In this document: positions 1-12,485 of the stretch, piece by piece
Position numbering within the stretch: the stretch's first letter is position 1
Layout: every line of letters starts with the position of its first letter
DNA from: Sporopachydermia quercuum
Taxonomy: Eukaryota
Direction: 5' to 3'
NCBI GenBank assembly: GCA_001599295.1
Contig: BCGN01000012.1
Coordinates: forward strand, 248,001-312,000
DNA length: 64,000 bases
Program-made: the position numbers and the translations under genes
The notes under the pieces: model-generated
Told to the model about the DNA's origin: nothing
Seen by the model: only the letters and a program-made list of their open reading frames with translations
The model's database searches: none

Positions 1-2342
1 TAGAAATAAATCCATTGGGCAAAAGGAAAGAGATGTAACGAGAGACGAGCATAAGACGATAAGGATTGAGAAGAAAACGAACAATCAATTCAATATGAGA
101 TGAAATACTGTTGAAAACTTCAAGTTGAGTTAGGATTGTATGAGACTATTCTCCAACAAAATGATCAAATGAAATATCAACGTGATTTGTAGTGACACTT
201 TGCAGAAAAAGCAAAGGCAAGTAATAAACTTCTTTGTTGATACTCTCAATTTCTCTAGTTACAGGATTCAACAGCCTAAGTTATACTTATTTCATTTCAT
301 TTGGACATATTAGTATAGTATAGTTAGTGTGCTCAATGATGTTTTGCTGTCCTTCTTCGAACACTCCAAGAATTGATAAAAAGACGTTTACAATCGTTGT
401 TGATTATTTCCAAGGAAGAAAATCTTCAAATAGAGAAAAAAGCCTTCACTTTATATGTTCCGCCATTTCAGACACTTGCAGTATACCCTTTCACTTATCC
501 AATCAACTTTGAAACCAAATCATCAAATTTGATCCTCCGTGCATAAAAGTGATGAATCACTGTTTTATTTTTTTGAAACAGGAAGACCGTTTCACTAAAA
601 TAAAGTTAAATTAATGGATTAAACTCTACTCACGTCCCCATACTCGTTGTCAACTCCAGCGTTATCTATGTATAAAGTTTTTTTTCTTTTTCTTTTTGAT
701 ATTCAATCTCTTTCTATCTTTCAGTTTCTGGTTTTATGATTTTTGTTTCGAATATAGGAGAACCCAGAGAAGTTCTCTTTCCGTAAGNGCTGCGTTGTTC
801 ATTGTTCAACAATAAACATAACGGGGATATGCTGGTTGGCCAAAGTAAGGTTTAATTTAAACTTTAAGTGGTAAAAATGAAACTAATATTTAATAACTGT
901 CGAAACGGAGAAAGTTTGAACTAAACATTAATCTGTTCATTTTATTAGGAATGAGAGTTGATCATCGAACCTTAACTGTAAAACAGAGGGTACTTGTACG
1001 CCTTGCAATTTATATTACTTATTGTTTACATACCGTCTGCCGTTCAATGAGACCCAAAAAGCAAACTGAGGTTTATTTTTTGTTTCATGACTTATTCCTG
1101 GATGGCAGAAAAAAGTGAAGATGAAATGAGCTCTCTTGAGGAAATCCTAAAAAGCTTTAATGATCCCACTACCTAATAGTTGAGGATATTCAATAAATCT
1201 AACTGTTATGTGGATCGGTTATCTGAAATAAAAGCATAGAGCAAAATGTAATATCACGTTTCGCGCTTCGAATACTTTACCTAACATTTCTAACTTTCGA
1301 TGGCAGATCTTTCTGTGGATAGTCGGAAGAGAAATGATTCTTTTCAGCTTCGCATATTTAAAGTGCAAAGTTAAAATATACCATAAAACTTAGAGTTTAA
1401 ACTTGTTCCCTTTCTGCTTTTAATTATGTTTGATGATGCTTGATAATAACCTGGGTCCTCAGCTAATATCCAGTTTTGCCCAATATTAAATGCAATGGTG
1501 TTTGAATCTACCAATATTCTCGACAAAAATCTCTGGTCTTGTAAAGAACAGTAAGATGACAGGCGAATAAAGTGACTAATGATTGTTCTTTGGAGTTGAG
1601 CTACGCATTTCTGTGGAAGTTCCGTTTACTTGGTCCAGCTTTGCCAGACTTCACAAACCACCAACAGAAGTTTGTTTGCCGCAAAAGTTGTCACCGTCTT
1701 GAAACTATCGTCTGTCTTCCTCATTCCTTTTATTTTATTTTTTATTTTATTTATTAATTATTTTTCGATAGTCTAATAAAGTGCAAATATTTGCTAGAGA
1801 GGAGGGAGATGAGAATTTATACTTTTTTTTAAACTTCACAAGTGTTCTGTTTCTTTAACCTTATTTAGCTTCGGGTTGTAAATCACTTTAACTTAGAACT
1901 CTATTTTCATTGGGGGCTTTATTTTATATTACACAACAATGTAACTCTAACTTAAATGTTATTATCAAACAAAGCTTATTTTAAGTTTAAGTTATTTTTA
2001 CTAACTCTTGTTGCTTGTTCATTCAAATACCGATTTCTCTCTATCCTCCAGTTTATCAACTTGTACTCCTTTGCTGTTTTATTCCTCTTCTTCTTTATTG
2101 CCTATTTCCCTACTATCAACACTTTTACTCTACAACATTGGTAGCTCTTTGCGAACTTTATATACTATTACCATACTTTCATCTCCAACTTTGTATGTAC
2201 CTTCTCATACTCAAATCCTGCCATAACATCTTACACTTGCTCTTTGTTCATGTTTTCAGAGTAATCTGACAGTCTCTTCTCCTTTGAATGCCAAAGAAGA
2301 AACTGTGTAATTTACCAGCAATTTGTCTATTCGTCAACCAAC

Positions 2343-5300
2343 ATGACAAGTGTTATTGAAACCCAGGCTCCTTCGAAACATAATACTTCTATACAGGCGG
2401 CAGCCCCTCACAGTGGATCCAATACCACAGCGGCAAGTACTAGTTCAATTACGAAGCCAATAACTGATAATACAATGATTTCAAAAGATCCTCTGGAAGA
2501 ATTTGACGGAGCAATCAAAGATTTCAGTATAGATCAAATAAACGCTCTACAGAAAAGTCTCACCGAAGATTTCCAGCTGTTGGCTATTGAATTTGCCAAC
2601 CTTCGTTCATCAAGATTAGAAAAAATAACTAGCATGTTATCTGATGCCAATCTGACAAAAATTGTCAATGCTGAATCAAACAACAAGAATAATGATAGTG
2701 CTGATGGTTCTCTCAAACTACCTGTNTTAATAGCCAAATTCATAACTAATCCTTTAATTCCTTACAATAAACGAAAAGAACTTCTAAACACTGCATTAGA
2801 ACTTCAAGTGAACTCAACGGCTAAGGTAACCAACGGTGAAATCAAGAACGTTTGGACCCAATTTCTCGATTCTAACAGCAATCTAAAGGAGAATCTAATA
2901 AGAAAAGTGCAACAAGACATTTTAAACCTAGACTCCGAATTTCTCAATAGAACTACTGGTAGTTCTAATATCAAAAACAGCGATGAAAGACTAAAGCTTG
3001 ATGCTTCTTCGGTAAGGTATTTAACAGATTCGATTGCTGTTATTAACGATGCTCATGAAAGGACCAATTTGACGGATGTTGAACCAAATAGTTATAAACT
3101 AAGGCGACAAAGTCCTAATGATGAAAATTCTATAGGATCTTTGATTAAAAGAGAGGAAATCTCAGTAGATGATGATTTAGATACTATTAAGTTTCTATGC
3201 CACCAAGCTGAAATAAGGAAAATGAGCTCAAATAGCGGGAAGAATGAAAGCGAAGAGGACAACGACGAAGAAAATAACGCTGACGATACTGTTCCCGTTG
3301 ACGATAAAAACGAGAACGAATATGGTAATAGTAGCAGTAATAGTAATAATAATAGTGTTGCTAGTACCAATCCACATTCTCCTATCACTGGCTGTATATC
3401 ATTTGCACTGTTGAACATTGCTGAGGCTGAGTTATCCAAAATCAATTCCCCACCCCAGCAAAAAGCTTCAATAGTACGTCCACCGACAGGCAGCATCAAT
3501 ATTGGTAACAGCGATTTAAACACTGCCAATGCCAATCTTCAGAACAAACCACGTTCTACTGGTATTACTTCTATTGCGGGAGTAATGAATAACGATGTTT
3601 CTGCTGTTGACAACAATGGTCTCAGTGCTACGAATGGCAGTTCTTTGCCTGTTAATGCCCATCTTTCTGCGCCCGCTGTTCCATCTATTTCGAATCCCCC
3701 TATCAATTCTGGTATGCCTATCGGTTCTGTATCAAATCCTATTCCGAAACATAACTACCACACAAATGCTATTGCCAACTTACTGAATAGAACGAATAGC
3801 GACCCAAATATTCCTCAATTTCAGCAGTCCAAACCTGAACCCAAAACCGAACCTGTTCAAGGAACAAATTGGTCAGAGCCGGTTGAGGAGAAAAAGGCAG
3901 TGAAACGGAGGAAAAGAAAGCTGGACAAGATGCGGGAGAATGAAGGCGAGCGGGAAAAAGAAAAGGAAAGGGAAAAGGAAAAAGGGAAAGAGAATGAAAC
4001 AGACTCTCGACGAGGTTTTAATGGTAACAATGGTAGCAATTATGGCGGCGGGCCATTGAAGGTTTTGCCTGGCAATAATCCAAATATGATGAGTATTAAT
4101 CCCAATGAAAATCCCTATAATAACATGATGCCAATGGGACCTGGATATTCTATGTATGATATGAAGAAACAGCAGCAGCAACAGATTCCTGGTCCTGAAA
4201 ATCAAGCTTCTTTGATGGAGAAACCAAGGGTTCTTTATACTTCTAGCCAAGGAATTCCTATGGCAAGCGGCCAGAACAACAATATGCCAGTCCAAGGTTC
4301 TGTTCAAGTGCCTTTAGGAGCTTTGCCCGTTCATACCTTCATTAATGGTGCAGAGCATTATAATCCAAATCTCATGGATCCTTCCGGTTCTATGCCTTCA
4401 AACAAAGAGATTCCTTCCAATTCTACTGCTTCTACAACGGAATCTAATATCGAATCTCTTTGGAAGCCCAAAAGACGTAGAAGAACAAAGAAACAAATGG
4501 AACACGACCGAGAGCTTGCAAGGATTCAATCATCTTTACAAGAGCAATCTGCTGTTCAAAAAAGAGAACAAGCGTTGGGTCAACAAATTCCTGGTTCCCC
4601 GATAGCTGTGCAGGCTTCTCTTCTTGCAGAAACCGATAAATCCACCGTGAAAGCTTCTGGAATGANTAATGAAACCGGGGCTAGCACAGGAGTTCCGGCT
4701 GTTGCTGGGGAGCCAACCGCAGGGTCTGCTGCAGATTCTTCTATAGAATCGGTTGGCAAGGGTAAAACCAAAGGAAAAACTGGTAAACCGCGGGGCCGGA
4801 AAGCAGGGAAACTCAACAAAAGTAGCTTTGCATCGTCTGAAAATATTCCTTCAAATTTAACTGCTGTTGATCGTTCTCCTTTACCAACGCTTGTAGATTC
4901 TCAAGCACCTCAAGGACATTCGGGAAATCAGCCTCCGGGAAGCCAACCTGGCGTTGATACCACCAAACAAACAAGTACTGCTGTTTTCTCTCCATATTCT
5001 GACCCCAGAGACTCCAGAGGCCCAGAATCCAACCAGCAGCAGTTCCACACCCAATTGTCGCATGTTCAACAGGTCCATAATTTACCACCAATAGAACAAC
5101 ATGGCATGGGCCCGCAAGGGTCTTCCAGATCACATTTGCCTCCACCATTACTACATCCACTTAATTCTGGTGGCTCTGTACAGGAAATGAATGGAAATGG
5201 ATCTTACCAAGAAGCCCAAATGATGCTTGGTGCGCCTTGGCTGCCTCCTCTTGCACCGCAACAGCAGCAACAACAGCAGCAACAGTATCATTTACAGCCA

Positions 5301-6830
5301 AATTCTCAAGTTTCTCAGGGCCCAATAGAACAAGAGCAACGTCCTCAGCCCCAACCGCAGCAACTGCCACCACCCCAGAAATCTCAAGCCCCCCAGCTCT
5401 CACAATCTTCTCAACAGGCTAACCAACAAATGTATCAAATGCCCCCTCATTACCAACAGCCAAATATACTACTGAACAGCAGCAATGGAAATAATACTAG
5501 CAATCATAATATCATGAACAGTATGGGAAATTTAAACACTATCGCTAGTATAAATACTAATGCTGGCAATGAGGAAAACGAGAGCAAACTAGTAAGGCAA
5601 TCTGAAGGCCACCTTTCATTAAATGACCGAAATTTGCCTTCCCAACTGCAGCAACAGGAGATTTCTTCTCAAGATGCAGCACCAGGAACAGAAAATCAGA
5701 AGATCAAGAAACCAAGGAAGCCCAGAAAGACTAAGAAAATGAAAGAGATGGAAGCTGCGTCGGTATCGGTATCGCCTCGTCAGAATGAGATCCGACCAAA
5801 CAATGCTCGTCAGAATATTCAGGATGCTTATTCAGTGAGTCACCAGGGGCCACCAGGAGCACCAGGGGGACCACGACCTCAAGGATCAATTGGTAATGGA
5901 GCACCTTTATACCAACAGGGAGCTCAGCAAGGTGTTACAGGACAAGCGCAACAGCCAATTGGTCCCCCAGTGCCTCCAGGTCATGGGCAGCATATAGGGC
6001 AGCAATTCAATGGTCCTCCTACGCTTGCTATGCTTATGCCTAATGGTCAGTTGGTGCCAATTAACAATTTGGAAGAGCAACATATGCTTGAGCAGCAGCA
6101 GCAACAACAGCAAGCTCAACAGGCTCAACAGGTTCAACAACAGCAGGCTCAGCAAGCCCAGCAAGCTCAAATGCAGTCGCAGCAGCAAGCACAGCCTCAA
6201 GGACATCCTGCCATGGTCCATGAATCACAGCAATCTCAGGCACTTTCTCATGGTCACGGGCCTCTCCAAGGACACAACCAATCATCTTTCTATTCTTATA
6301 ACCAATCACAATATCATTCCCAGCAGCCTCAACCTCAGCAATCTCAACAGCAACCAAATCTTGCGTCTTCTCCAGGTCAAAACCAGGTTTCTCCGAATAT
6401 GGAGCCTAGTGTTTCGAAGAAAAGAAGATCCAAGAAGAGTAAGGAAAACAAAGACGGTATGGTGGTCAATGGAGCAGGAAATACATCAGGAAACAGTTCC
6501 TCTGGAATTAATGGTCAGCCAATGATTCACGGTCCCTCAGGACCTCCAGGACCTCCTGGGCCTTCTGGGTCATCAGGAGTTCCTGGAACTGGAATGGAAT
6601 CTTCTCTGCAACAACAGCAGCTGCCCCACGGACTACCTCATATGCAACCTAGACCTCCAATGGGCCCTAATCAAGAAATGGTTCAATATCCTAATTATAA
6701 CGCACCCCCGAATATTTATTATTATAACGAGAACGAGCCCAGGGTTGATCGTCCATGGTCTCAGATGCCTCAGCAGTATCCAGCACCTCCACCACCACCA
6801 GGATCACTTGGGCCTCCTCCTAGCAATTAG
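2343..6830 (+). CDS. 1495-aa protein: N-terminal Sds3/Dep1-like coiled-coil region (Rpd3L/Sin3 HDAC subunit-like) followed by a very long Q/N/P/S/G-rich disordered region
   Basis: Long uninterrupted ORF. Residues ~60-200 (LAIEFANLRSSRLEKITSML...KRKELLNTALELQVNST...IKNVWTQF...LKENLIRKVQQDILNLDSE) follow the Sds3-family helical pattern as I recall it. Several basic NLS-like clusters and poly-Q tracts. The CDS is solid; the family call is tentative. Confidence 0.6.
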   Translation: MTSVIETQAPSKHNTSIQAAAPHSGSNTTAASTSSITKPITDNTMISKDPLEEFDGAIKDFSIDQINALQKSLTEDFQLLAIEFANLRSSRLEKITSMLSDANLTKIVNAESNNKNNDSADGSLKLPXLIAKFITNPLIPYNKRKELLNTALELQVNSTAKVTNGEIKNVWTQFLDSNSNLKENLIRKVQQDILNLDSEFLNRTTGSSNIKNSDERLKLDASSVRYLTDSIAVINDAHERTNLTDVEPNSYKLRRQSPNDENSIGSLIKREEISVDDDLDTIKFLCHQAEIRKMSSNSGKNESEEDNDEENNADDTVPVDDKNENEYGNSSSNSNNNSVASTNPHSPITGCISFALLNIAEAELSKINSPPQQKASIVRPPTGSINIGNSDLNTANANLQNKPRSTGITSIAGVMNNDVSAVDNNGLSATNGSSLPVNAHLSAPAVPSISNPPINSGMPIGSVSNPIPKHNYHTNAIANLLNRTNSDPNIPQFQQSKPEPKTEPVQGTNWSEPVEEKKAVKRRKRKLDKMRENEGEREKEKEREKEKGKENETDSRRGFNGNNGSNYGGGPLKVLPGNNPNMMSINPNENPYNNMMPMGPGYSMYDMKKQQQQQIPGPENQASLMEKPRVLYTSSQGIPMASGQNNNMPVQGSVQVPLGALPVHTFINGAEHYNPNLMDPSGSMPSNKEIPSNSTASTTESNIESLWKPKRRRRTKKQMEHDRELARIQSSLQEQSAVQKREQALGQQIPGSPIAVQASLLAETDKSTVKASGMXNETGASTGVPAVAGEPTAGSAADSSIESVGKGKTKGKTGKPRGRKAGKLNKSSFASSENIPSNLTAVDRSPLPTLVDSQAPQGHSGNQPPGSQPGVDTTKQTSTAVFSPYSDPRDSRGPESNQQQFHTQLSHVQQVHNLPPIEQHGMGPQGSSRSHLPPPLLHPLNSGGSVQEMNGNGSYQEAQMMLGAPWLPPLAPQQQQQQQQQYHLQPNSQVSQGPIEQEQRPQPQPQQLPPPQKSQAPQLSQSSQQANQQMYQMPPHYQQPNILLNSSNGNNTSNHNIMNSMGNLNTIASINTNAGNEENESKLVRQSEGHLSLNDRNLPSQLQQQEISSQDAAPGTENQKIKKPRKPRKTKKMKEMEAASVSVSPRQNEIRPNNARQNIQDAYSVSHQGPPGAPGGPRPQGSIGNGAPLYQQGAQQGVTGQAQQPIGPPVPPGHGQHIGQQFNGPPTLAMLMPNGQLVPINNLEEQHMLEQQQQQQQAQQAQQVQQQQAQQAQQAQMQSQQQAQPQGHPAMVHESQQSQALSHGHGPLQGHNQSSFYSYNQSQYHSQQPQPQQSQQQPNLASSPGQNQVSPNMEPSVSKKRRSKKSKENKDGMVVNGAGNTSGNSSSGINGQPMIHGPSGPPGPPGPSGSSGVPGTGMESSLQQQQLPHGLPHMQPRPPMGPNQEMVQYPNYNAPPNIYYYNENEPRVDRPWSQMPQQYPAPPPPPGSLGPPPSN

Positions 6831-7688
6831 CTATATGCTGAATAAGCTGTATGACTCAAGGAATAGCTAGTAAAGAAACTTGCAAGCAATGAATTCACGA
6901 ATGTATAATACAATTGCATAAAATTTATTATTTTAGTATACGATGGTACTTAATGGATAATTAAATGTAATATAGTGAGAATGAATGAATGATTAAGAAT
7001 AATTTAACACAGTACTAGTACTATATTATTGTAGGCTTTGAGTACTTAGTTGACCGTTGATTGACTGGAATTGCTACTTTTTCCAGGAAATCAGGTTCAG
7101 CGGAGTCTCAATTAGAAGTAAAAACAGTCTTTTGAAGGTCAGTTGCCCAGCTTGCTCGTTAAGCGTTGGTACGACTCGGGCCGCTTTGAAGCGACATTAC
7201 AGTTCTGGAGCGAAATTTTTGGAGTGTTTGAATTAGTTATGGTAAAATAAAGTTAACGGCAAAGGTAATACTATTTTAAACCTTAATTAACTCAAGGTTT
7301 TTTAGTATAAAGTTTATGTAGTGTCAACGCTAGATTCACACTTAACTCAATCAATTGGTTCCAAGTTTATTTTATTTCACTCGGTAAACTCAAACTTATG
7401 AACCCGAACATCGCTAGCTTCCCTCACATATGCATAATATATGATTACATCATCATATTCTTACCTATCCCAATAATACTTCACAAACTCGTTAGTAGAA
7501 AAATCCAAATCAGTATACAAACATTTCCAGAACATCAAGCCATCTCATCATCTTCGTATCATCAATATATGCTTGTTCTAACCTTCCACTGAATAATCAA
7601 TTAAGAAACTGGAATATTCCTGAGAATAAGAGTCAATTGGTTATTTAGATTCAGTAAATTTAAGGCAACACAAGTTTGGAACGCCACA

Positions 7689-9257
7689 ATGGCCAGTCAA
7701 GAAGAAATTGACCAATTTCGCAGTATCACTGATACCTCGGATGGCGAGACAGCAGAAAAATTCTTAGAAATTGGTGGGTCTCTTGAAAATGCCATTTCAC
7801 TGTTTTTTGAACATGGTGCTTCATTTGTAGCTGCCAATGAAGCAAGTTCCAGAGGGGGAGATGAAGTAAATGAATCAGCAGACGTTGAAACCGAATCTGA
7901 TGACGCCTTGGCTCAGAGATTACAGTCAGAAGCCTATCAGGCTGCTGATGAACCCAGGGCCCCTATTCAAGCCACCAGAGAAACTCTTGTAGATCCTGCT
8001 TATGCTAATCTACAAAGGCTCTCGGGTATGTTTTCTTCTGGTGGCTATTCGCATTCTGGCAGGGGGAGAGTTCCTGGTTTCGGAAGCCAATTCTCCACTA
8101 TCTTTGGACAAGAGATAAGATTGCCAGGAGCTTCTGACAATGAGGACGAAGATGATGGTTTGACTGATCATCAAAGAAGACTTGCAGAGCTTTATAGGCC
8201 TCCTTTTGATATCATGTCCACTTTGACATTCCAAGATGCGAGAGCTCAAGCCAAGACTAAAAGGAAGTGGCTACTGGTGAATATTCAAGATGTATCTGAT
8301 TTTAGATGTCAAATGCTCAACCGTGATTTCTGGAGCGATAAGGAAGTGAAAAATGTCGTAAAAGAGAACTTCATTTTCATTCAGTATCAATCAAATTCAG
8401 TAGAAGGTGAAGAGTACATACAGTTCTATCCTTTCTATGATGAGTATCCTCATATTGCAATAATTGATCCTATTACAGGAGAACGACTGAAGCTATGGAG
8501 CGAAACTCCAAAGCCTATAAATTGGATAGAGGAAGTTTTTGAATTTTTGGGTAAATTCTCATTAGATCCTAAGAGGAAAAATCCTGTGAATATAGACAAT
8601 AAAGACAAGCCACGGATTGATCCCAGTAGGCTGACAGAAGAAGAACAGATTGAATGGGCTACCAAACGATCTTTATGCTCTTCATCAGGTCATGGAAATG
8701 CAGGAAGTAAGCCAAAGTTTGTTGATAGCGACTCAGTGTCAGATGAAATGGTTATATCTGATGATTTTGATGGGGAAGACGATGATGAAGATGTGAGTGA
8801 TGTTTATTCCTTTGATGATTCTTTGGTAGAAGTCAATGGAGATTCAAACAATGATTCTAATGTTGATGACGATAATACTGCTGGTACAGTTGAGAAACCT
8901 ATTGATTTAGACGGCAATGAAGATAGTGATGGAATAATAGAAGACGAGTTAACCGAAGAAGAGTTATTCGTCACTATAAGAGCTGTTCATCATGATGAAC
9001 CAACAGATGCCGACCCTAAAAAAACCACCAGGATTCAAATACGCGGTGATGGTTTTAGAACAGTTAAAAGAGTGAATTTGAATGATAAAGTGAAGATTAT
9101 TTATGAGACAATCAAAGCCGATATTCCCCAAGTAGAAGGAGGCAATAAGTATTTTGTTCTTACATCTGAGAGGAAGAATCTTATTGAGTATTTAACGAAA
9201 ACTGTGGAAGAAGCAGGATTGAAAAATAGCTCTATTAACTTAGAGATTATTGATTAA
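7689..9257 (+). CDS. UBX5: UBX domain protein (UBA-UAS-UIM-UBX), Cdc48 cofactor
   Basis: N-terminal UBA-like (LENAISLFFEHG), UAS domain (KWLLVNIQDVSDFRCQMLNRDFW), UIM (LTEEEQIEWA), C-terminal UBX (TRIQIR...EAGLKNSSI). Confidence 0.92.
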   Translation: MASQEEIDQFRSITDTSDGETAEKFLEIGGSLENAISLFFEHGASFVAANEASSRGGDEVNESADVETESDDALAQRLQSEAYQAADEPRAPIQATRETLVDPAYANLQRLSGMFSSGGYSHSGRGRVPGFGSQFSTIFGQEIRLPGASDNEDEDDGLTDHQRRLAELYRPPFDIMSTLTFQDARAQAKTKRKWLLVNIQDVSDFRCQMLNRDFWSDKEVKNVVKENFIFIQYQSNSVEGEEYIQFYPFYDEYPHIAIIDPITGERLKLWSETPKPINWIEEVFEFLGKFSLDPKRKNPVNIDNKDKPRIDPSRLTEEEQIEWATKRSLCSSSGHGNAGSKPKFVDSDSVSDEMVISDDFDGEDDDEDVSDVYSFDDSLVEVNGDSNNDSNVDDDNTAGTVEKPIDLDGNEDSDGIIEDELTEEELFVTIRAVHHDEPTDADPKKTTRIQIRGDGFRTVKRVNLNDKVKIIYETIKADIPQVEGGNKYFVLTSERKNLIEYLTKTVEEAGLKNSSINLEIID

Positions 9258-9727
9258 TTCTGGTTTCCTTATTAATGATTATTGATATTATATCATATTT
9301 CCTTTTACTATATGTTATGTTACCATATTATGTCATTATCTCATCAGTGATTACATTTCCTAGTAGTAGTAGTAGTCAGTTGGTATCAGTTGTTGGCTTT
9401 AGCAAACCATTCACCACATAACCTTCCAGATTCTGGATACCAAATCATGGTGACAAATTCCTCGACAATGTATGCTAAACATCCTAATACAGCTGCTTCA
9501 AATGAGTGTCCACAGTTGAGTTATTAATCATAATGCTATAAGTGTCAAGCTTGACTTCTCATTGCATTACGATCATGAAGTGATGCGATGCCTTATAAGG
9601 CGTATAAATTGGAAACAGTATAAACTGTTCCAATACTAAATTCAAGTATAATTCAGATTTCTTAATAGTTGAATAATAAGAACTAAGCATACAAATCATC
9701 ACTCATATCAAGTTCAGCCAAATACAC

Positions 9728-12256
9728 TCAATTGTTTTTCCTACTAAATTCTACACCTGTACCTACTCCTAAATCTGTACTAGTACCAGCACCTTTATCA
9801 CTTGCTTTCACATCCCCAATAGGACCAACTATCAAAGCTTCGTGCTGTTCCCTCCGTTTCGACCATTCGTCCATTCTCTTCTGCTTTGCAAGCTCTTTCT
9901 TCGACTCTTTTTCTTTCCGCTCATCCACCTTTTTGATTTCCCTCATAAGCTTGGTCTTCTCACTGTTCATACTCTTAATGATCTTATGCAACAATGCAAT
10001 TCCACCTCCTTTCATGGCTGTTATAATGCCATTGGCTTCTCCTTTGTTCAAAGCTTGCATTTTCTTATCGATAACTGTATTCAGCTCCCCAAGTCGAGAA
10101 TTGTCTCCCTGTTTCTCCAAATGTCTAGAAAGGATTGTTTTCATTCTCTTGCCAATAACTTCTTTCTGTTTAACTGAGGCTTCCTTTTTCCGCCATTTAG
10201 CATCCTTCAAAACTGTGGATTGTGCGAAGAGCTTCACCACCACGCTGTCTGCAGCCCTCAGGGCTATTAATGGTTCAGAGATGTCACTGAACATCACTTT
10301 TTTCAGATATTTACGTCTATTCCTACTCCCAGAACTCTCTGAAAAATCGCCTGTCGTTGATAAAGGCTTATAATACACGAGTTCAAAACACTTATTGCTA
10401 GCTTCTCCGATGGGTTCCATACTAGAACGAGTACGTTTCTTTTTACCCTTAACTTCAGCTTCATATTCATTCTTATCTTCACATTTATCCACTAGAACCA
10501 GTCTCAAAGAAGAGCCATCCAATCCCGCTAGAATATATTTACCACCAGGCAACTGTACCCAAGCAAATCGCGAGAGAGCCAGCGGTACTTGATATCTGCT
10601 AATATCCTGTCCTTTATCATTGGTGTCAAAGTGGCTTAGGCTTCCGCCGGAAAAGCCATTCATAGTGTTGATAAACTCTTGGAGTCCTTCGTAGGTTGAT
10701 ACTTTCAGCTTCAAATTTGAATAATCCATTTTAGCAGCATCACTGTCATTACCAGTAGTAATAGATTCATCTTTACTACCAATGATGTCACAGTAATCTT
10801 GGTCCTCCACCTCCTGCCCATCCGTTCCAGTTCCCGTTCTCCTTGACGCTTCCGCTTCTGCTTTCTTTTTCGCCCAGTGATTCCGTACTAGTCTCCGTTC
10901 CTGTCGCAGTGCCTCCATCTCGGAAAGAGTCATTCCATCCACTTCCGTATCAGGATCCAGCCCCGTCAAGGTTGGAACTGTCACGACCCCTGTATTATTG
11001 GTAGAAACAAAATCAACCACATGGCACATTGTCTTTCCAGGGTGCAAGCGCAAACCTCTTCCAAGCATCTGAGTCATCAGTGTAATTGAATATGTCGGTC
11101 GGATTAGCATCACCAAGTCAATATTCGGTATATCAGTTCCTTCAGTGAAGACGCCACAGTTCAACAGAACCTGGAAATCGCCTTGCCGAAATCTGTCAAC
11201 AATCTCAGATCTATTTCCCCGGTCTGTTGTCCCGATTGCATAGTGGGCCTCGACTCCGAATTCCCGGAATTTTTCTGTTAGGGAGGTCACATGATCGATA
11301 TCAACGCAGAACACAAGCGTAGATCTTATTTTATGTTTTTCCTTCATGAGCAGCCAAGTTTTCACTACTATTGTGTTATTTATATCTGTATCAACTTCTT
11401 TCGACAACGATGACAGAACGAAATCACCTTTGGTCTTAGAATAGCCCACTTTTGATAAGTCGGACTGGATTTTAACGGTGGAAAACTTCACATCAACTAA
11501 CCAGCTTTCATTGATGAGATCCATGATTCCTTTATGAAAGACAATATGATCTAAGGCTTTCCCAAGTTTTATTCCGTCCGAACGGAGAAAGGTAGCTGAG
11601 AATCCCACAACAGGAATTGGCGCATTCGGTGTATCGGCATCAAAATACTCCAGAACTTGTCTATACGTTTTCGCAACGATATGATGAGCTTCATCAACGA
11701 TTATCAGTTTGAAATCACGAGGATCCAATCGTCCTAGACGTTCAGGTTTATAAAGGCTCTGCACAGACGCTAATACTACATCGCAGTCCTCATCAGCTTC
11801 AAGTTTCCCCATTTCTATCCCAACTTTCAGGTTGGGGTTCATGTTTTTTATATGCCGTGCTGCTTGGTCAATAAGTTCCTGTCTATGAGCTAGAACCAGG
11901 ACTTTGTTACCATATCCTGGTGTAATTGGTTTCATTTGGTTGATCAGTTTAGAGAAAATTACTGTCTTTCCTCCACCGGTAGCTAGGGACACCCCCAGAC
12001 GCCGCTGGCCTTGCGATAGAGCCTCCAGGGTCGCATCAATACATTGCTGTTGATAATTCCGTAGTTCTAGGGAAACGTTCTCTTCTGTGGAGTAAAATTG
12101 ACGTTTGTTCAGAGATCTGTACATAGGTTCTGGTGATACTGATAAAATTGCAGGTGGTCTTGCTATATAAGCAATGGACACTGAGAGTGTAGGTAGGCAA
12201 ACATTAGCACTGATCCACTGGTGCCTGACACCGCAAGAGTAGAACCGAGCAAGCAT
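9728..12256 (-). CDS. IRC3: Mitochondrial SF2 DNA helicase Irc3
   Basis: LRNYQQQC Q-motif, ATGGGKT Walker [27 protein letters not shown]; presequence-like N-terminus. Confidence 0.92.
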   Translation of the reverse strand: MLARFYSCGVRHQWISANVCLPTLSVSIAYIARPPAILSVSPEPMYRSLNKRQFYSTEENVSLELRNYQQQCIDATLEALSQGQRRLGVSLATGGGKTVIFSKLINQMKPITPGYGNKVLVLAHRQELIDQAARHIKNMNPNLKVGIEMGKLEADEDCDVVLASVQSLYKPERLGRLDPRDFKLIIVDEAHHIVAKTYRQVLEYFDADTPNAPIPVVGFSATFLRSDGIKLGKALDHIVFHKGIMDLINESWLVDVKFSTVKIQSDLSKVGYSKTKGDFVLSSLSKEVDTDINNTIVVKTWLLMKEKHKIRSTLVFCVDIDHVTSLTEKFREFGVEAHYAIGTTDRGNRSEIVDRFRQGDFQVLLNCGVFTEGTDIPNIDLVMLIRPTYSITLMTQMLGRGLRLHPGKTMCHVVDFVSTNNTGVVTVPTLTGLDPDTEVDGMTLSEMEALRQERRLVRNHWAKKKAEAEASRRTGTGTDGQEVEDQDYCDIIGSKDESITTGNDSDAAKMDYSNLKLKVSTYEGLQEFINTMNGFSGGSLSHFDTNDKGQDISRYQVPLALSRFAWVQLPGGKYILAGLDGSSLRLVLVDKCEDKNEYEAEVKGKKKRTRSSMEPIGEASNKCFELVYYKPLSTTGDFSESSGSRNRRKYLKKVMFSDISEPLIALRAADSVVVKLFAQSTVLKDAKWRKKEASVKQKEVIGKRMKTILSRHLEKQGDNSRLGELNTVIDKKMQALNKGEANGIITAMKGGGIALLHKIIKSMNSEKTKLMREIKKVDERKEKESKKELAKQKRMDEWSKRREQHEALIVGPIGDVKASDKGAGTSTDLGVGTGVEFSRKNN

Positions 12257-12445
12257 TGATTCTGGGGCATAATTTCATACAGATTTTTGACTACAATTAT
12301 GCGGTTCAGCAATAATAACGGTACTGTTTGTTGCAAATAGTTCCATAAACTTGGGGAACAGAGTATTCATGATCAATATCATAAAGAAAGCCTCCAATNG
12401 TTATATGAATGTTTGATTGATTGAGTTAGGCAAACAGATAAATTG

Positions 12446-12485
12446 AATATGTATAAATATGTATAAATATGTATAAATATGTATA
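12446..12485 (+). repeat. Tandem repeat (AATATGTATA)x4
   Basis: Four exact 10-bp units read directly in the IRC3/GPI8 divergent intergenic region. Confidence 0.9.

Noticed and set aside
7080..7225. GC-richer segment ending in Sm-like AATTTTTGG, possible snRNA or telomerase RNA
   Set aside because: No U1, U2, U4 or U5 signature sequences found; the same short motif is common in these promoters. An Infernal scan would settle it
9732..10373. 213-aa antisense ORF in IRC3, and the other short antisense or overlapping ORFs in the track
   Set aside because: Shadow frames of real genes with biased composition (e.g. F/S/L-rich antisense of K/E-rich coding)
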